A stretch of DNA of 64,000 nt from Octopus sinensis (Eukaryota), in contig NC_043011.1 in NCBI RefSeq assembly GCF_006345805.1, forward strand, positions 2,976,001 through 3,040,000, in the 5' to 3' direction. Shown one piece after another: positions 40,235 through 52,251 of this stretch. The notes under the pieces were generated by a model. It was given only the letters and a program-made list of their open reading frames with translations, made no database searches and was not told where the DNA came from. The stretch's first letter is position 1. Each line of letters begins with the position of its first letter. A program made the translations under genes and the position numbers.

Positions 40235-40534
40235 TGGCAGTGTGAAGTGGCTTACCTCCCTTGTTCGAAGGTTATAATGGATACAGATCGAGTATCAATA
40301 GCTATCTTGATGGCGGTGGCCTCATGGAGCTGACCATGGCAGCGATTATTCTTATATCTATAGAATGCCATATTAATATGGCGATAACAATTAATTTCCA
40401 GTAAACGCTGCCATAATCTCTTTTATAAGACTTAGTAATTTTAATATTTCTATATTGAAAACAAGTGGATGTATTCCACTGAAACTAGGTAAATATAAGC
40501 CTTCGAACAGAGACGTCAGTGGCGACACCTGCGG

Positions 40535-40594
40535 GTCTGACTGCGCTACATTGACAAGGGGCAATACCCCGAAACGCGTCTGTAGCTGTCGGAC
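40535..40594 (+). ncRNA. Type I hammerhead ribozyme (U3-A8 variant), intact
   Basis: GTCTGAC-TGC-GCTACA(40545)-TTGACAA-GGGG-CAATA-CCCC-GAAA(40571)-CGCG-TC(40580)-TGTAGC-T-GTCGGAC. Predicted cut between 40580 and 40581. Confidence 0.85.
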
Positions 40595-41373
40595 TGGCAG
40601 TGTGAAGCGGCTAACCTCCCTTGTTCGAAGGTTATAATGGAGCTGACCATGGCAGCGATTATTCTTATATCTATAAGAATGCCATATTAATATGGCGATA
40701 ACAATTAATTTCCAGTAAACGCTGCCATAATCTCTTTTATAGAGACTTAGTAATTTTGATATTTCTATTACATATACATATATATATATATATATATATA
40801 CACTGTGTAAATTATAGGGGTAAAACATTAGTATAATTTATTACCAGTGGTTTGCATGTGTAATAAAAGTCATTAAACAACATATTTTCATATATAAGAG
40901 TGTATAAAGATTTATACACAGAGAGAAGACCCTTGATAGGACATCTTACATGCTAGAAAGGGCAGTTAATCCCAAACCATGAAGAAAATAATCCTAAAGG
41001 CACACTGATTAGAATGAAAAAAAATATTATTAGTTAATCCCATACTCGAGTTTCATTATTAATGAGCAAATAAATTAATTTTTCCATCTGTGGTTTATCA
41101 GTGGGCTCATTAAGACAATGCATAATTATATAGCTTAATATGTATTGAAAAAACACATGTGAACTGCATTTTTATACATTATGGATTTAAATCAAGCACA
41201 CAAGTGCTGTCACATGGCCAGCAGCAAATAATAAGTTTAAATTGCATACTATATGGCCTCAGAATTAGGAAAATTTAATTGTGTAAATTATAGGGGTAAA
41301 AAATTTAGAATAATTTATTACCAGTGGTTTGCATGGATAATAAAAGTCATACGACAACACATTTTCATATATA

Positions 41374-41535
41374 GGCACAGGAGTGGCTGTGTGGTAAGTA
41401 GCTTGCTAACCAACCACATGATTCCGGGTTCAGTCCCACTGCGTGGCATCTTGGGCAAGTGTCTTCTGCTATAGCCCCGGGCCAACCAATGCTTTGTGAG
41501 TGGATTTGGTAGACGGAAACTGAAAGAAGCCTGTC

Positions 41536-41597
<62 letters not shown>

Positions 41598-41812
41598 TTG
41601 TGTGTCTGTCCCCCTAGCATTGCTTGACAACCGATGCTGGTGTGTTTACGTCCCCGTCACTTAGCGGTTTGGCAAAAGAGACCGATAAGTACTGGGCTTA
41701 CAAAGAATAAGTCCCGGGGTCAATTTGCCCAACTAAAGGCAGTGCTCCAGCATGGCTGCAGGCAAATGATTGAAACAAGTAAAAGAGTAAAAGAGTAAAA
41801 GAGTAAAAGAGT
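41374..41812 (+). mobile_element. SINE family A, full length, inserted in a locally duplicated segment
   Basis: Consensus match; the flanks rejoin to match 40803-40980. Confidence 0.92.
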
Positions 41813-42270
41813 AAGTGTGTATGAAGATTTATACACAGAGAGAAGACCCTTGACAGTACTTCTTACATATGTGGTTTGGGTTTAACTGCCCTTTTTAGCA
41901 TGTAAGAAGTCCTGTCAAAGGTCTTCTCTCTGTGTATAAATCTTTCATATATACACAAATACACATTCATATATCCACAAACACACACACACTCACACAC
42001 ATACGCACACACATGTATAACAAAATAGAAATCTGGCAAATTTTGGGTATTATTTATACACCATTACACATGCTTCAATTGTACATGTTGAATGAACATG
42101 TAAAAAAAATTTCCGATTAGAAATTCTTAAGATAGTGAATCAAATAATATTAATTGATTCTCTATCTCTTCAAGTAATATTTTCGGAATTTTCAACTCTA
42201 ATATGTCCCTCACATCAATACAGCTATAACTACATACACTGGATTGTAATACTAGAAGAAGGAAATGTTC

Positions 42271-42580
42271 TTTTTTTTTTTGTTCCTTCTTCAGGCATGC
42301 CTGGCTCATAAGGGCCGGTTTCCTGGTTTCGTTGATGTATAGGTTCCCCACCTGGATGGGACGCCAGTCCATTGCAGGTGAGCTGCAAGATGCAGGAGGA
42401 GACAGTGAGAGAAAGTTGTGGCGAAAGAATCAGCAGAATTTCGCCATTACCTTCTGCTGGAGCCGTGTGGAGCTTAAGTGTTTCGCTCATAAACACACAC
42501 ATCACCCAGTCTGAGATTCGAACTCGCGATCCTTCAACCGCAAGTCCGCCTGCTCTAGCCACTAGGCCATGTGCCTCCAC
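42271..42580 (-). mobile_element. SINE family C, tail variant 2
   Basis: Minus: gtggaggcacatggcctagtggctagagc...gagttcgaatctc...gcaatggactggcgtcccatccagg...poly(A). Confidence 0.75.
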
Positions 42581-43777
42581 AATACAAAAATGTGCTTCAA
42601 GGGGACACAGCTTGGATATTTTTCATTCCCTATATAATGTCTGTGTGTGGGTGAGCGTGTGTGTGCATGTGTGTGCATGATAGTGTACTGTGTATGTGAG
42701 TGAGTACTTTTACATCTCTTTGTCTTGAGATAGCATATTATAAATGAGCTTCACTGTCATCTGAGTATTTGTTGGCCATCTTCCATGAAATTATGTCCAG
42801 CATTTGCTTTATTTGAATTTTGAAGGATTAGGGAAAAATTACTTTGCTTGGAAGCAGGTGAGAGTTGGTTACAGAGGGAGCATGCAACTACAGAAGATCT
42901 ACTGCAATAAATTCTATCTAATCCACTCAAGCCAGAAAAAAGTAGACATGAAAACGAAAGTGATAGTAAGACACTGCCACTAAAGACTTGGTGAAATGTA
43001 ATGGAAATATATTGGAAGATTGTGTGGTTCCATTTATGCATGTTATTAATGTAAATGTCATTGCCTCTGAGCAGTGCCAAGATGATGACACGTAGGATGG
43101 CAGAATTGTTAGCACATCTGGTAAAATGCATAGTGACGTTTCTTCCTGCTTTTCTGAGTTCAAATCCAACTGAGGTCAACTTTGCCCTTCATCTTTCCTT
43201 TATTTTTCACAAGACTTCAGACCTTGTGCCTAGAATTAAAAGGATTATTGAAGTATAGTGAATTACAGCAGTCTGTGTTGTCTGAGAAAGAGGATTCTGC
43301 AATTTCTTGCTGAACAACCTATACAGATGATTTGTTTGTAGTGATCAAATGCTTGTGCTGTACTGCGTAGTATTAGTTCTCTCCTTCAAACAAATTGAAT
43401 TGCATGCACAAGTGCACCACACATCGAGTGTCAAAGTGCTGGTGGAGCAACATGAAATGAAGCGTTTTTCTCAAGAACAAAATTAACCCACTTGTTCCAG
43501 TAGTGAAATCATGAATTAGCAATTATGGGTGCAACACCTTAACCACTAGGCCTTACCTGTATTGTGAATGCCAAATAATTATATATAAGAAAATATAATT
43601 AGTGTTGCTGTAAGATAGCGTTAAAGTGAAAATCTTTAGAGAGACTATTTAGAATTCCCAACAGTCCTCAACAATAAGCTCCCTGCTGAGATATTAGAAG
43701 TGTATTTTATTTTCCTCAGAACCTACATTTAATATTTTTTCTGCGCTTAATTGGGTGACATCAGCATTTTTTACACA

Positions 43778-43822
<45 letters not shown>

Positions 43823-44000
43823 GATATAGATATATATAAACCTCATGATGATACACACCCACACACACACTCCTATATACATATTTCGTTTTTGTATTTG
43901 ACTCTCCCCAGACACAATAATATATGTATATATATATATATATATATGTGTGCGTGTGTGTGTGTATATATATATATATGTATATATATATATGTATATA

Positions 44001-44065
<65 letters not shown>

Positions 44066-44924
44066 TGTGTACTCTTACACATGCACATGTATATAAACTC
44101 ACTCATAATCAGACATATTTATTTGCTATCCACATGTCATTTATAAATACACCTGTCTACATGACTGTGTGTACATGATGTGTGAGTATGTCTGCGTTTA
44201 AACTGTCAGGTATATATATAACACTCCAATTTCAACAATATCTCATAATTAGGAAGAATTGATGACATTTAGCAAAATCCAAAAAAGCAAATATGGAAAT
44301 GACAGATTTCTTCCAGAGATTCCATTAGTGATGTCTCTTGAAAAAGTTAGAAACCAATAAATGTGTTTTCATTGCTCCAGATGTACTTATTGCAGCCATT
44401 ACCTCCCTCCCTCCCTCCTCTCTCTCCTTCTTTCCTCCCTCCCTCCTCTCTCTCATTCTTTCCTCCTTACATTTCTTTCTTTCTTTCTTGTCTCTCATTT
44501 CTTCTCTTTCTCTCAACCACTTCAGCAGATATTAATATTAAAATATTATAGCTGAATATTACACTATCTTGTTTGTATATATTTCATGTCTATTAATATA
44601 TTTACTGAAAATAACATTTATCTCATTAGTGTTCTCAGTTCACAAAAAAAAAAAAAAGGAAAAATACAATATTAAATTCAAATAAGAATTGAATACAGAT
44701 TGTTGATATTTGCTTTTTGGCTTTTTTTTTTTTTCCTATTATGGTTTATATGTGAAGAAGAAAGGGAATGGTTCATCGTTTGCAGGAATCATTTTGAAGG
44801 AGAAGCAATTAAGGAATAAGCTCCATTCAATATGAAGTTGCCACATGTTTAAAAGTGAATCGCTTTGGCTTTCTCAACTACTCAATTCATCTTACTTGTG
44901 TTTCCATATAAATTATCATTTGCC

Positions 44925-45210
44925 TTGTCCTCCTCCTCCCCTCTACCTCCTCCTTACCTCCTCCTCTGCCTCCCCCTCTACCTCCTCCTCTGCCTCCCCC
45001 TCTACCTCCTCCTCATCTTCCTCCTCATCTGCCTCCTCCTCTTCCTCCTCCTCTGCCTCCACCTCTACCTCCTCCTCTACCTCCTCCTCTGCCTCCTCCT
45101 TGTCTCCCCCTCTGCCTCCTCCTCTTCCTTCTCCTTCTCCTCTTCCTCCTCCTCCTCCTCCTCCTCCTCCTCCTCATCATCATCATCATCATCATCATCA
45201 CCATCATCAT
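44925..45210. repeat. (CCT)n-derived and (CAT)n simple repeats
   Basis: Seen directly; explains the S/P/H-rich ORFs. Confidence 0.95.
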
Positions 45211-46129
45211 CTCGTTCATAAGTCAATCTCAAAATTTTCCTGGCTGACATCCGTGAGACCAATATTTTCAGACTGGAAGTTTACTAATATTTCCCCCCCC
45301 CCCTGTTTTCTTCTTTCGTTTTTTGCTGAGAGACATGCTTTTTCAGTCTCTGCACAAAAATATGCTTCAGCAAGCAGATATTAACTCTTTACATTACACA
45401 TACAGACTAACAACAACAGCATATTCTTTACACACATATCTTTATTGCTTCTTCACTTAATCATTTCACTTTTGTAACTTCAATGCAAGTTAGCATTTTC
45501 ACAAAATAAGTAATAAAGAAAAGAAGTCAGTCATTTGGTCAGTCATTTGGTCAGTCATCACAGCTAGTAGCCCTAATTTGTAAGAATTCTATAGTTACAA
45601 TCTAAAACTTTGTTTCTGGTACTTTTTATCAACGATATTTTAGATCCACGAAGATTAAGATGACTGAATTGGTAAACTGTTATTCTGCCTTTGGTCTTTA
45701 CTCTGTTAAGGTCGAATTTCAAATACTACTTTTATCATTAAAGGGTGGATAAAATTAGGCCTAAAACATGTCTGGAGTTATTTCTGATGATGTTATTGTT
45801 ATCCCACTCTACAAAAATTAACCAACCACAAATGCATAGAGGTTAAACAGATTCCAAAATATAAACTGGCCTCAACCTAATAACATTTAGCAATCCAGAT
45901 AATAAACTTCCAGCTAGACAGTATCCTCTTGATATCAACATACTGAATAAGTTCTAGACCAAAATAACTTGCAGAGTGAATATACCATTTTCGCAATTGA
46001 AAGCCTGTGACATGAGTAACATACATAGTATTTTTAACTTGTCAAATATTATTTGTATGTGTGTGTCTTGATAGCAAATCTGTGAAGGAAAACTTCTTAT
46101 TTTATTCATCATCCTTTAAATTTTAAGAA

Positions 46130-47600
46130 AATCTTGCAGACTGTTATAGTCCTAGACTTCAAGATCGTTTGTTGTGTATGAATTAAGGATTTGTGTTCTC
46201 TCTCCAATAATACTTTGCTCTAGATGGGTTGATATTTATCCTGTTGCTCCATTAACAATAGGTACATAACTAAAAATGTATCTTGGGTGCTGGATTTTCA
46301 AACTCTTTATCAATGGTCCATTAATGCCCTCTTTCTCTTGTAGTTTTCTAACCACACTGGTGTCTCCAAAGGGCAGCTGATTGCCATAACAAAATACATC
46401 CCACACAACAATACCTCTCCAGTTGTGTTTTAACTTGAGGCTTTTTCAGTTTTCAATTTCCACCAATATTCTTTTGACACATTGGTTTCAGTATTGTTAA
46501 TTTCCTTGTGTGTGAAGTATGGCCTGTTTACATTTCCATTGATGTTGAAGGCTCCTGTAACACTGAGCAGCTTTTGAGTTCAAACATCTATAATTGTCAC
46601 TTGCCTGTTGAGATTGCATCTTCAAGCCATTCATTTTTAGGTTTTTACAGGAAGGCTCAACTTTTCCAAGCTTTATCATAAAAAATGCAGATTTGGACTC
46701 GCCAATTTTCATTTCAGTGTCTGTAGAAAATAGGGCAACAAGATCCAATGGTTATTTTAATGTGGTTCTTATTTGGCCCATATAGTTCCAGGTCATTGTC
46801 AAAGAAAAGATAAGACATACTTTTGGAACCATTTCTTTGGCCACTATATTTTGTGTGCATTTAATATAGTGGATTTAATGAGTGGAAGAAGTGCAGCATT
46901 GACAGGCTGTCTCCCTGAAAGACACCTTTTAGGTAGCAAATGCAATCAGACTCAATTTATTCCTTATCACTCCTAAGAAGCAAAGTGGTGTACCAAGTCT
47001 TGGTCAGGCATTCGATAGCTGTTACTAGTGGTTGCTAGACTTTGGCTAACTGTAAAGCCTTGATAATCCACCCAAGTGATATACTAATTAAAGCCTTCTG
47101 GTAGTCCAGCCACAGTTGAATTCCTGCAAAATTTTACTGTTTTTTCCCTGGATCATTTTGCTATTTAGTAACTGTTATATACAGCCCCACACTGTCTATC
47201 CTACAACTTGCTCAGGGGGTACAATGATGCCGCAAGAATAGATTGAGGTACCCAGTGTATAATTTGTACATCTTGTTCTAGTAGGCTTTTGGGCAATAAT
47301 TTTTAGCAGGGGTGGTTTGGCTGTTTTGGGGAATAAGGAGAGTAGTTGCTGTTGATAACTATTGGGTCAGTTCTTGTGTGTCCTTGATACATTCTCCATA
47401 CAACCAAATGAGATCTTACTCATAAGAGGTAAAATTATTCAGCCAGTAGTAGCCTGGGGATTTCCTGTTCAACATTTTCTGCAGAACTGTTTCCAGTATT
47501 TCACCATCTATTTCATATTGCTTTTGCTAGGCATGCGGGTAATAGTTGTGGTTCAGTTTTTTTAGCCATATGGCTTGTTTCATTTGTTTTCCATACAGAT
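46130..47600 (-). pseudogene. Decayed Hero/NeSL-type (RLE) LINE: RT plus endonuclease remnants
   Basis: Minus frames give RKSPG..WLNNF, TTLLIPQ...KNY.P, KMYKLYTG, LWLDYQKA...WIIKALQLAKV, KGVFQGDSLS...LNPL, and near 46430-46200 GIVVWD...EKE..GPL...HPRYIFSYVPIVNGATG. Many stops and frameshifts. Confidence 0.8.
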
Positions 47601-47944
47601 CTCTAGTAGCCTTTAATCTGAACTTTTCTGTGAGTGTTTTTTTTTTTTACTGAGAATGAGCATTTTACATTGAAGTTGTGATAGGCTGACTTGGGTTATC
47701 AGGCAAATATTTTATTGAGCCTTTACCATTTATATGCTATAGATATGTACATATATTTCAGTTTTTCAGCTAGTACAGCTTGGCGTTTACGTTTTTGAAT
47801 TCTGTACCACCAAATTGCCACCCTATTGAATTTCTGAGGTCTTCATGATGTTGTGTGAAGTTCTTCTCTGTGCTTCATTTCATAACTACAACAATCTGTG
47901 AGATAATTCTGTGTAGAAAATAAAATTTTATTTCTTAAATTACA

Positions 47945-48354
47945 TACTCTTTTACTCTTTTACTTGTTTCAGTCATTTCACTGCGGCCATGCTGGAGCAC
48001 CGCCTTTTAATCGAGCAACTCAACCCCGGGACTTATTCTTTTGTAAGCCCAGTACTTATTCTATCGGTCTCTCTTGCTGAACCGCTAAGTAACGAGGACA
48101 TAAACACACCAGCATAGGTTGTCAAGCAATGCTAGAGGACAAACACAGACACACAAACACACACACACACACATATATATATACATATATACGACAGGCT
48201 TCTTTCAGTTTCCGTCTACCAAATCCACTCACAAGGCTTTGGTCGGCCCGAGGCTATAGTAGAAGATACTTGCCCAAGGTGCCACGCAGTGGGACTGAAC
48301 CCAGAACCATGTGGTTGGTAGACAAGCTACTTACCACACAGCCACACCTGCACC
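47945..48354 (-). mobile_element. SINE family A, full length
   Basis: Reverse complement of the consensus. Confidence 0.92.
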
Positions 48355-48615
48355 TACATGTCTATACTAGTTCAAGTTTTATGCTTGTATCCTGAGTGCA
48401 TGGCTTCAGCTGTTTGTAGCACATTAGTAATGTAATAGCTGAGATATATATCAAAAGGTTTATGGTTTTGTAGATTGTTCTCATACTTCTAGACTGTGGG
48501 GGTCTTCAGATATTTGTTTGCTATTTTGTTTACAGCTTCTAATTCTAATTTACTGGTATTCTTATTTATACTAGTGTTGCATGGCCTGCCATTCAAATTA
48601 AGGTTATGGACCTTT

Positions 48616-48757
48616 TGTTGTTTGGGATAGACAAGAAAACATATGGATCGTCATAGATATCAGCCGTCCTTCTGATGTGAATATCTCTTTGAAAATCAAA
48701 GAGAAAGAGAATAACTATGGACAACTACTTCAAAACCTCTAAATCCCAGACTACAAC
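48616..48757 (+). pseudogene. RLE endonuclease fragment (Hero-like LINE)
   Basis: VVWDRQENIWIVIDISRPSDVNISLKIKEKENNYGQLLQNL*IPDY; nearly identical to the reverse complement of about 54960-55085. Confidence 0.8.
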
Positions 48758-49000
48758 AGGATCCAATTGTTTTTTTAATGTGGTTCTTATTTGGCCCATA
48801 TAGTTTCAAGTCATCGACAAAGAAAAGATAAGAGATACTTTTGGAACCATTTCTTTGGCCACTATATTTTGTGTGCATTTAATATAGTGGATTTAATGAG
48901 TGGAAGAAGTGCAGCATTGACAGGCTGTCTCCCTGAAAGATACCTTTTTGGTAGCAAATGCAATCAGATTCAATTTGCAAGTGATCCCCCAGATCACTTG
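48758..49000 (-). pseudogene. RT fragment (Hero-like LINE), second copy of 46740-46960
   Basis: KGIFQGDSLS...LNPL and SYLFFVDDLKLYG (YMDD-type catalytic motif). Confidence 0.8.
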
Positions 49001-49104
49001 CAAGGTGTCCACAAGTTTTTGGCGCTCTATCTTTACACTATAGGTATAGATTTCAGTTAAATTGTTGGTGTGTGGTTTACTGATAGATTTAGCTGACCAA
49101 AGGT

Positions 49105-49332
49105 AGCGAGCTGGCAGACACGTTAGCACGTCGGGCGAAATGCTTAGCGGTATTTCGGTTGCCGTTACGTTGTGAGTTCAAATTTTGCCGAGGTCGACTT
49201 TGCCTTTCATCCTTTCGGGGTCGATAAATTAAGTACCAGTTACGTGCTGGGGTCGATGTAATCGACTTAATACCTATGTCTGTCCTTGTTTGTCCCCTCT
49301 GTGTTTAGCCCCTTCTGGGTAGTAAAGAAATA
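49105..49332 (+). mobile_element. SINE family B with 17-bp flanking direct repeat
   Basis: ATAGATTTAGCTGACCA at 49083-49099 and 49330-49346. Confidence 0.9.
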
Positions 49333-49619
49333 GATTTAGCTGACCATTCTGTTTGTCCATCAGTGGAAGCAAGATGAATATCTTCACTAGCTGGCTTTAT
49401 AGTGTCAGACTGCATTGGATCAGACATTACTGTTACATGTAACGATTTATATCTAATGATAGGTTTTGCATGTTCATTTAAAGGTTTTGAGGAAAAATCT
49501 AATTCTGGGGGTTTGGAGTCCCACAAATTCTGTAGCCTTTGCACAGAACTAAACTTTTGGGGATCTGATTGTATATATGCTTCTTATAAATCTTTAACTT
49601 CATAGCTCTATTATATTGT

Positions 49620-50541
49620 GTAAGCTTGCGAGAAATGAAGCCAGTATGCTCCGATGGATGTGTAATGTCAGTGTGCATGCTCGACAGAGCGTTAGTACCC
49701 TGAGAGAAATGTTGGACCTAAGGAGCATCAGTTGTGGTGTGCAAGAGAGACGATTGCGCTGGTATGGTCATGTGGCGAGAATGGATGAAGATAGGTGTGT
49801 GAAAAAGTGCCAATCCCTAGCAGTGGAGGGAACCCGTGGAAGAGGTAGACCCAAGAAAACTTGGGACGAGGTGGTGAAGCACGACCTTCGAACTTTAGGT
49901 CTCACTGAGAAAATGACCAGTGACCGAGACCTTTGGAAATATGCTGTGCGTGAGAAGACCAGGCAGGACAAGTGAGTCCAACTCACTTATGCATGCCTTT
50001 CCTCCCTTGGACACACAAAGACCTGTTGAGGCAAGCGAAGTTGATATTGAACCTCATCCGACGACAGGCACCTTGCTTGCGAAGACCTGTTGGGGCAAGT
50101 GAAATCGAAATCGGAATCGAAATTGAACCAATCCTATGACTGGCACCCGGCAGATGCCAGGACCTCTGGACTGGAGATACGTAAAAAGCACTATCCGAAT
50201 CGTGGCCAATGCCAGCGCCGCCTCGACTGGCTTCCGTGTCGGTGGCACATAAAAAGCACCATCCGAATTGTGGCCGAAGCCAGTGCCGCCTCGACTGGCT
50301 TCCGTGCAGGTGACACATAAAATGCACCAATCCGACCGTGGCTGATGCCAGCCTCGCCTGGCACCAGTGCAGGTGGCACGTAAAAAGCACCCACTACACT
50401 CACGGAGTGGTTGGCGTTAGGAAGGGCATCCAGCTGTAGAAACATTGCCAGATAAGACCGGAGCCTGGTGCAGCCTTCTGGCTTCCCAGATCCCCGGTCA
50501 AACCGTCCAACCCATGCTAGCATGGAGAACGGACGTTAAAC

Positions 50542-50570
<29 letters not shown>
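49620..50570 (+). mobile_element. 5'-truncated RTE LINE (ORF2 C-terminus plus 3' UTR plus (GAT)n tail)
   Basis: ORF 49616-49975 ...ERRLRWYGHVARMDEDRCVKK...RGRGRPKKTWDEVVKHDL...DRDLWK is the canonical RTE C-terminus. Confidence 0.92.
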
Positions 50571-50574
<4 letters not shown>

Positions 50575-51119
50575 TGTCTTGATGTGGTCGAAGTAGACAC
50601 ATACATTTTGCCATGATGATTTTGTCTATTCATTGATATTTGTATTTGTTTTTCAAAATAGACGATGATCTTCTTTAAAATTTTCAGCAAAGTTTTGCCA
50701 GAATTAAATTTAAAATTGTTCACAGCTTGGGTAATCTTTCCTTTCAGGTTGTTTTTAATTCTACAATTGTATTTTAACATACATATTGAGCATTTAAAAA
50801 TTTTTTCTGTGAATTACTTTGAAACATTACTTGGCTTATTTCTTTATCTCTGTATAACATTACAGTGCCATGTTTACTTAAACATGTTAAAATGTATGTA
50901 TCATTTATATAGAAATGCTGCAATATACATAATGTTTAAAAAAAACTAATGTAGAAATATTTATTTCTAATCTTACCACATTCTGTAGCACATCTTCTTC
51001 AATATTTAGTATGCTGCCTTCTTATAAGTAGTAAATACACACGTCCAATAATCGAACTGACCACAACAGTTGTTATATGTATATGTGTATATATTTGTCT
51101 ATCTATCTATCTATCTGTC

Positions 51120-51156
<37 letters not shown>

Positions 51157-51171
51157 ATATATATATATATA

Positions 51172-51344
51172 TATAAAATATTATTAGAGACAAAACCACT
51201 ATTTTGCAAAACAAACAAGAAAAGACTTAATCAATACATAAAATTTTAATAAATAGTCAACTATTTATTAAAATTTTATGTATTGATTAAGTCTTTCCTT
51301 GTTTGTTTTGCAAAATAGTGGTTTTGTCTCTAATAATATTTTAT
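51172..51344. repeat. Near-perfect 173-bp palindrome
   Basis: Arms meet at aaatagtcaactattt (about 51251-51266). Confidence 0.9.
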
Positions 51345-51480
51345 AATATTTTACTATAAAATTGGATTTAATCCTAAATCTGATTTTTTCCCTGTAAATT
51401 TGGATTTATTCCCTAATATTTATTATTTTATATATATATATATATATACTTTATTTAAAGCAGCAGAAAATTCAACAAAA

Positions 51481-51520
51481 CCTGTTACTCTGAGTTTCTC
51501 GTTGCCGTTCATCAGACAGG
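51481..51520 (-). ncRNA. Type I hammerhead ribozyme, canonical CUGAUGA core
   Basis: Minus: CCTGT-CTGATGA-ACG-GCAA-CGA-GAAA-CTCAGAG-TA-ACAGG. Stem I extends as a 37-bp inverted repeat (51449-51552). Confidence 0.75.
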
Positions 51521-51943
51521 TTTTGTTGAATTTTCTGCTGCTTTAAATAAAGCATATTACTCTACCACTGGTATTTAAGTACTCTTTTTTCCACCTTGTT
51601 TCACATTTATGTGTTTACTCCGGTACATATATATATATATATGAATAAAAAATGGAGTTAACGCAGGTTTAAACAAGTATTTTTACTTTCTACATATGTT
51701 TCGAAAATTCCACTGATACTATTCAAAAGAATAAATGGTATAAACAATGCAATCTTCTCTTCGGGAAAGTGAAAAAACGAAACTCGTCAATACGACATTT
51801 TAGCAAAAATTGATGGATTTGTATAGCGATAGACAGAACGCTATTAATATTGTTTAAAAAAACGTTATATGATATAACGTCATAAGTAGCTAACAGAAAG
51901 AGTAGGGATATTAATAGTGAATGTTAAATATAAAGGAAATTAA

Positions 51944-52139
51944 AGTTTAAATTATATATAATGATAGAGACTACTTATATGCACTAAATGTATGTTTCTG
52001 CCAATGCTTACATCTGTATGCTCGTTCTAAAAATACTCTAGTAAACACGGTTATAGAACGAGCATACAGATGTAAGCATTGGCAGAAACATACATTTAGT
52101 GCATATAAGTAGTCTCTATCATTATATATAATTTAAACT
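51944..52139. repeat. Inverted repeat with 86-bp arms and 24-bp spacer
   Basis: 51944-52029 versus 52054-52139. Confidence 0.9.
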
Positions 52140-52251
52140 GGTGCAAACAAGGGAGTCAGAGAAAGGCAGAATGCCACTTAAATCTGAACACTACTATAGA
52201 AATATTCTTTTAAAAAAACTTTTCTTCTAATTTTTCTAAATTTAATTATTT

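Larger units (their letters stand above)
38943..40770. mobile_element. Tandem plus inverted array of a 360-363-bp hammerhead-containing unit (retrozyme / Penelope-like pLTR array)
   Basis: Minus arm 38943-39498 (period 362) and plus arm 39500-40770 (periods 363 and 360). One HHR per unit; (TA)n at both ends. Confidence 0.9.

Noticed and set aside
38943-40770. CRISPR-like array
   Set aside because: Units are full-length near-identical repeats with no unique spacers, in a eukaryotic context.
39219-40828. Repeated ORFs MEYIHLFSIIEILK... and MKTSGCIPLK... as a multicopy peptide gene
   Set aside because: They are translations of the repeat unit. Single-base indels between copies break the frames, and the conserved feature is RNA structure.
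44845-45384. S/P/H-rich and acidic ORFs
   Set aside because: (CCT)n/(CAT)n simple repeat, open in several frames on both strands.
51688-51800. GAAACATATGTA (minus) and GAAACTCGTC (plus) half-motifs
   Set aside because: No recognisable core or stem II upstream; too decayed to call.
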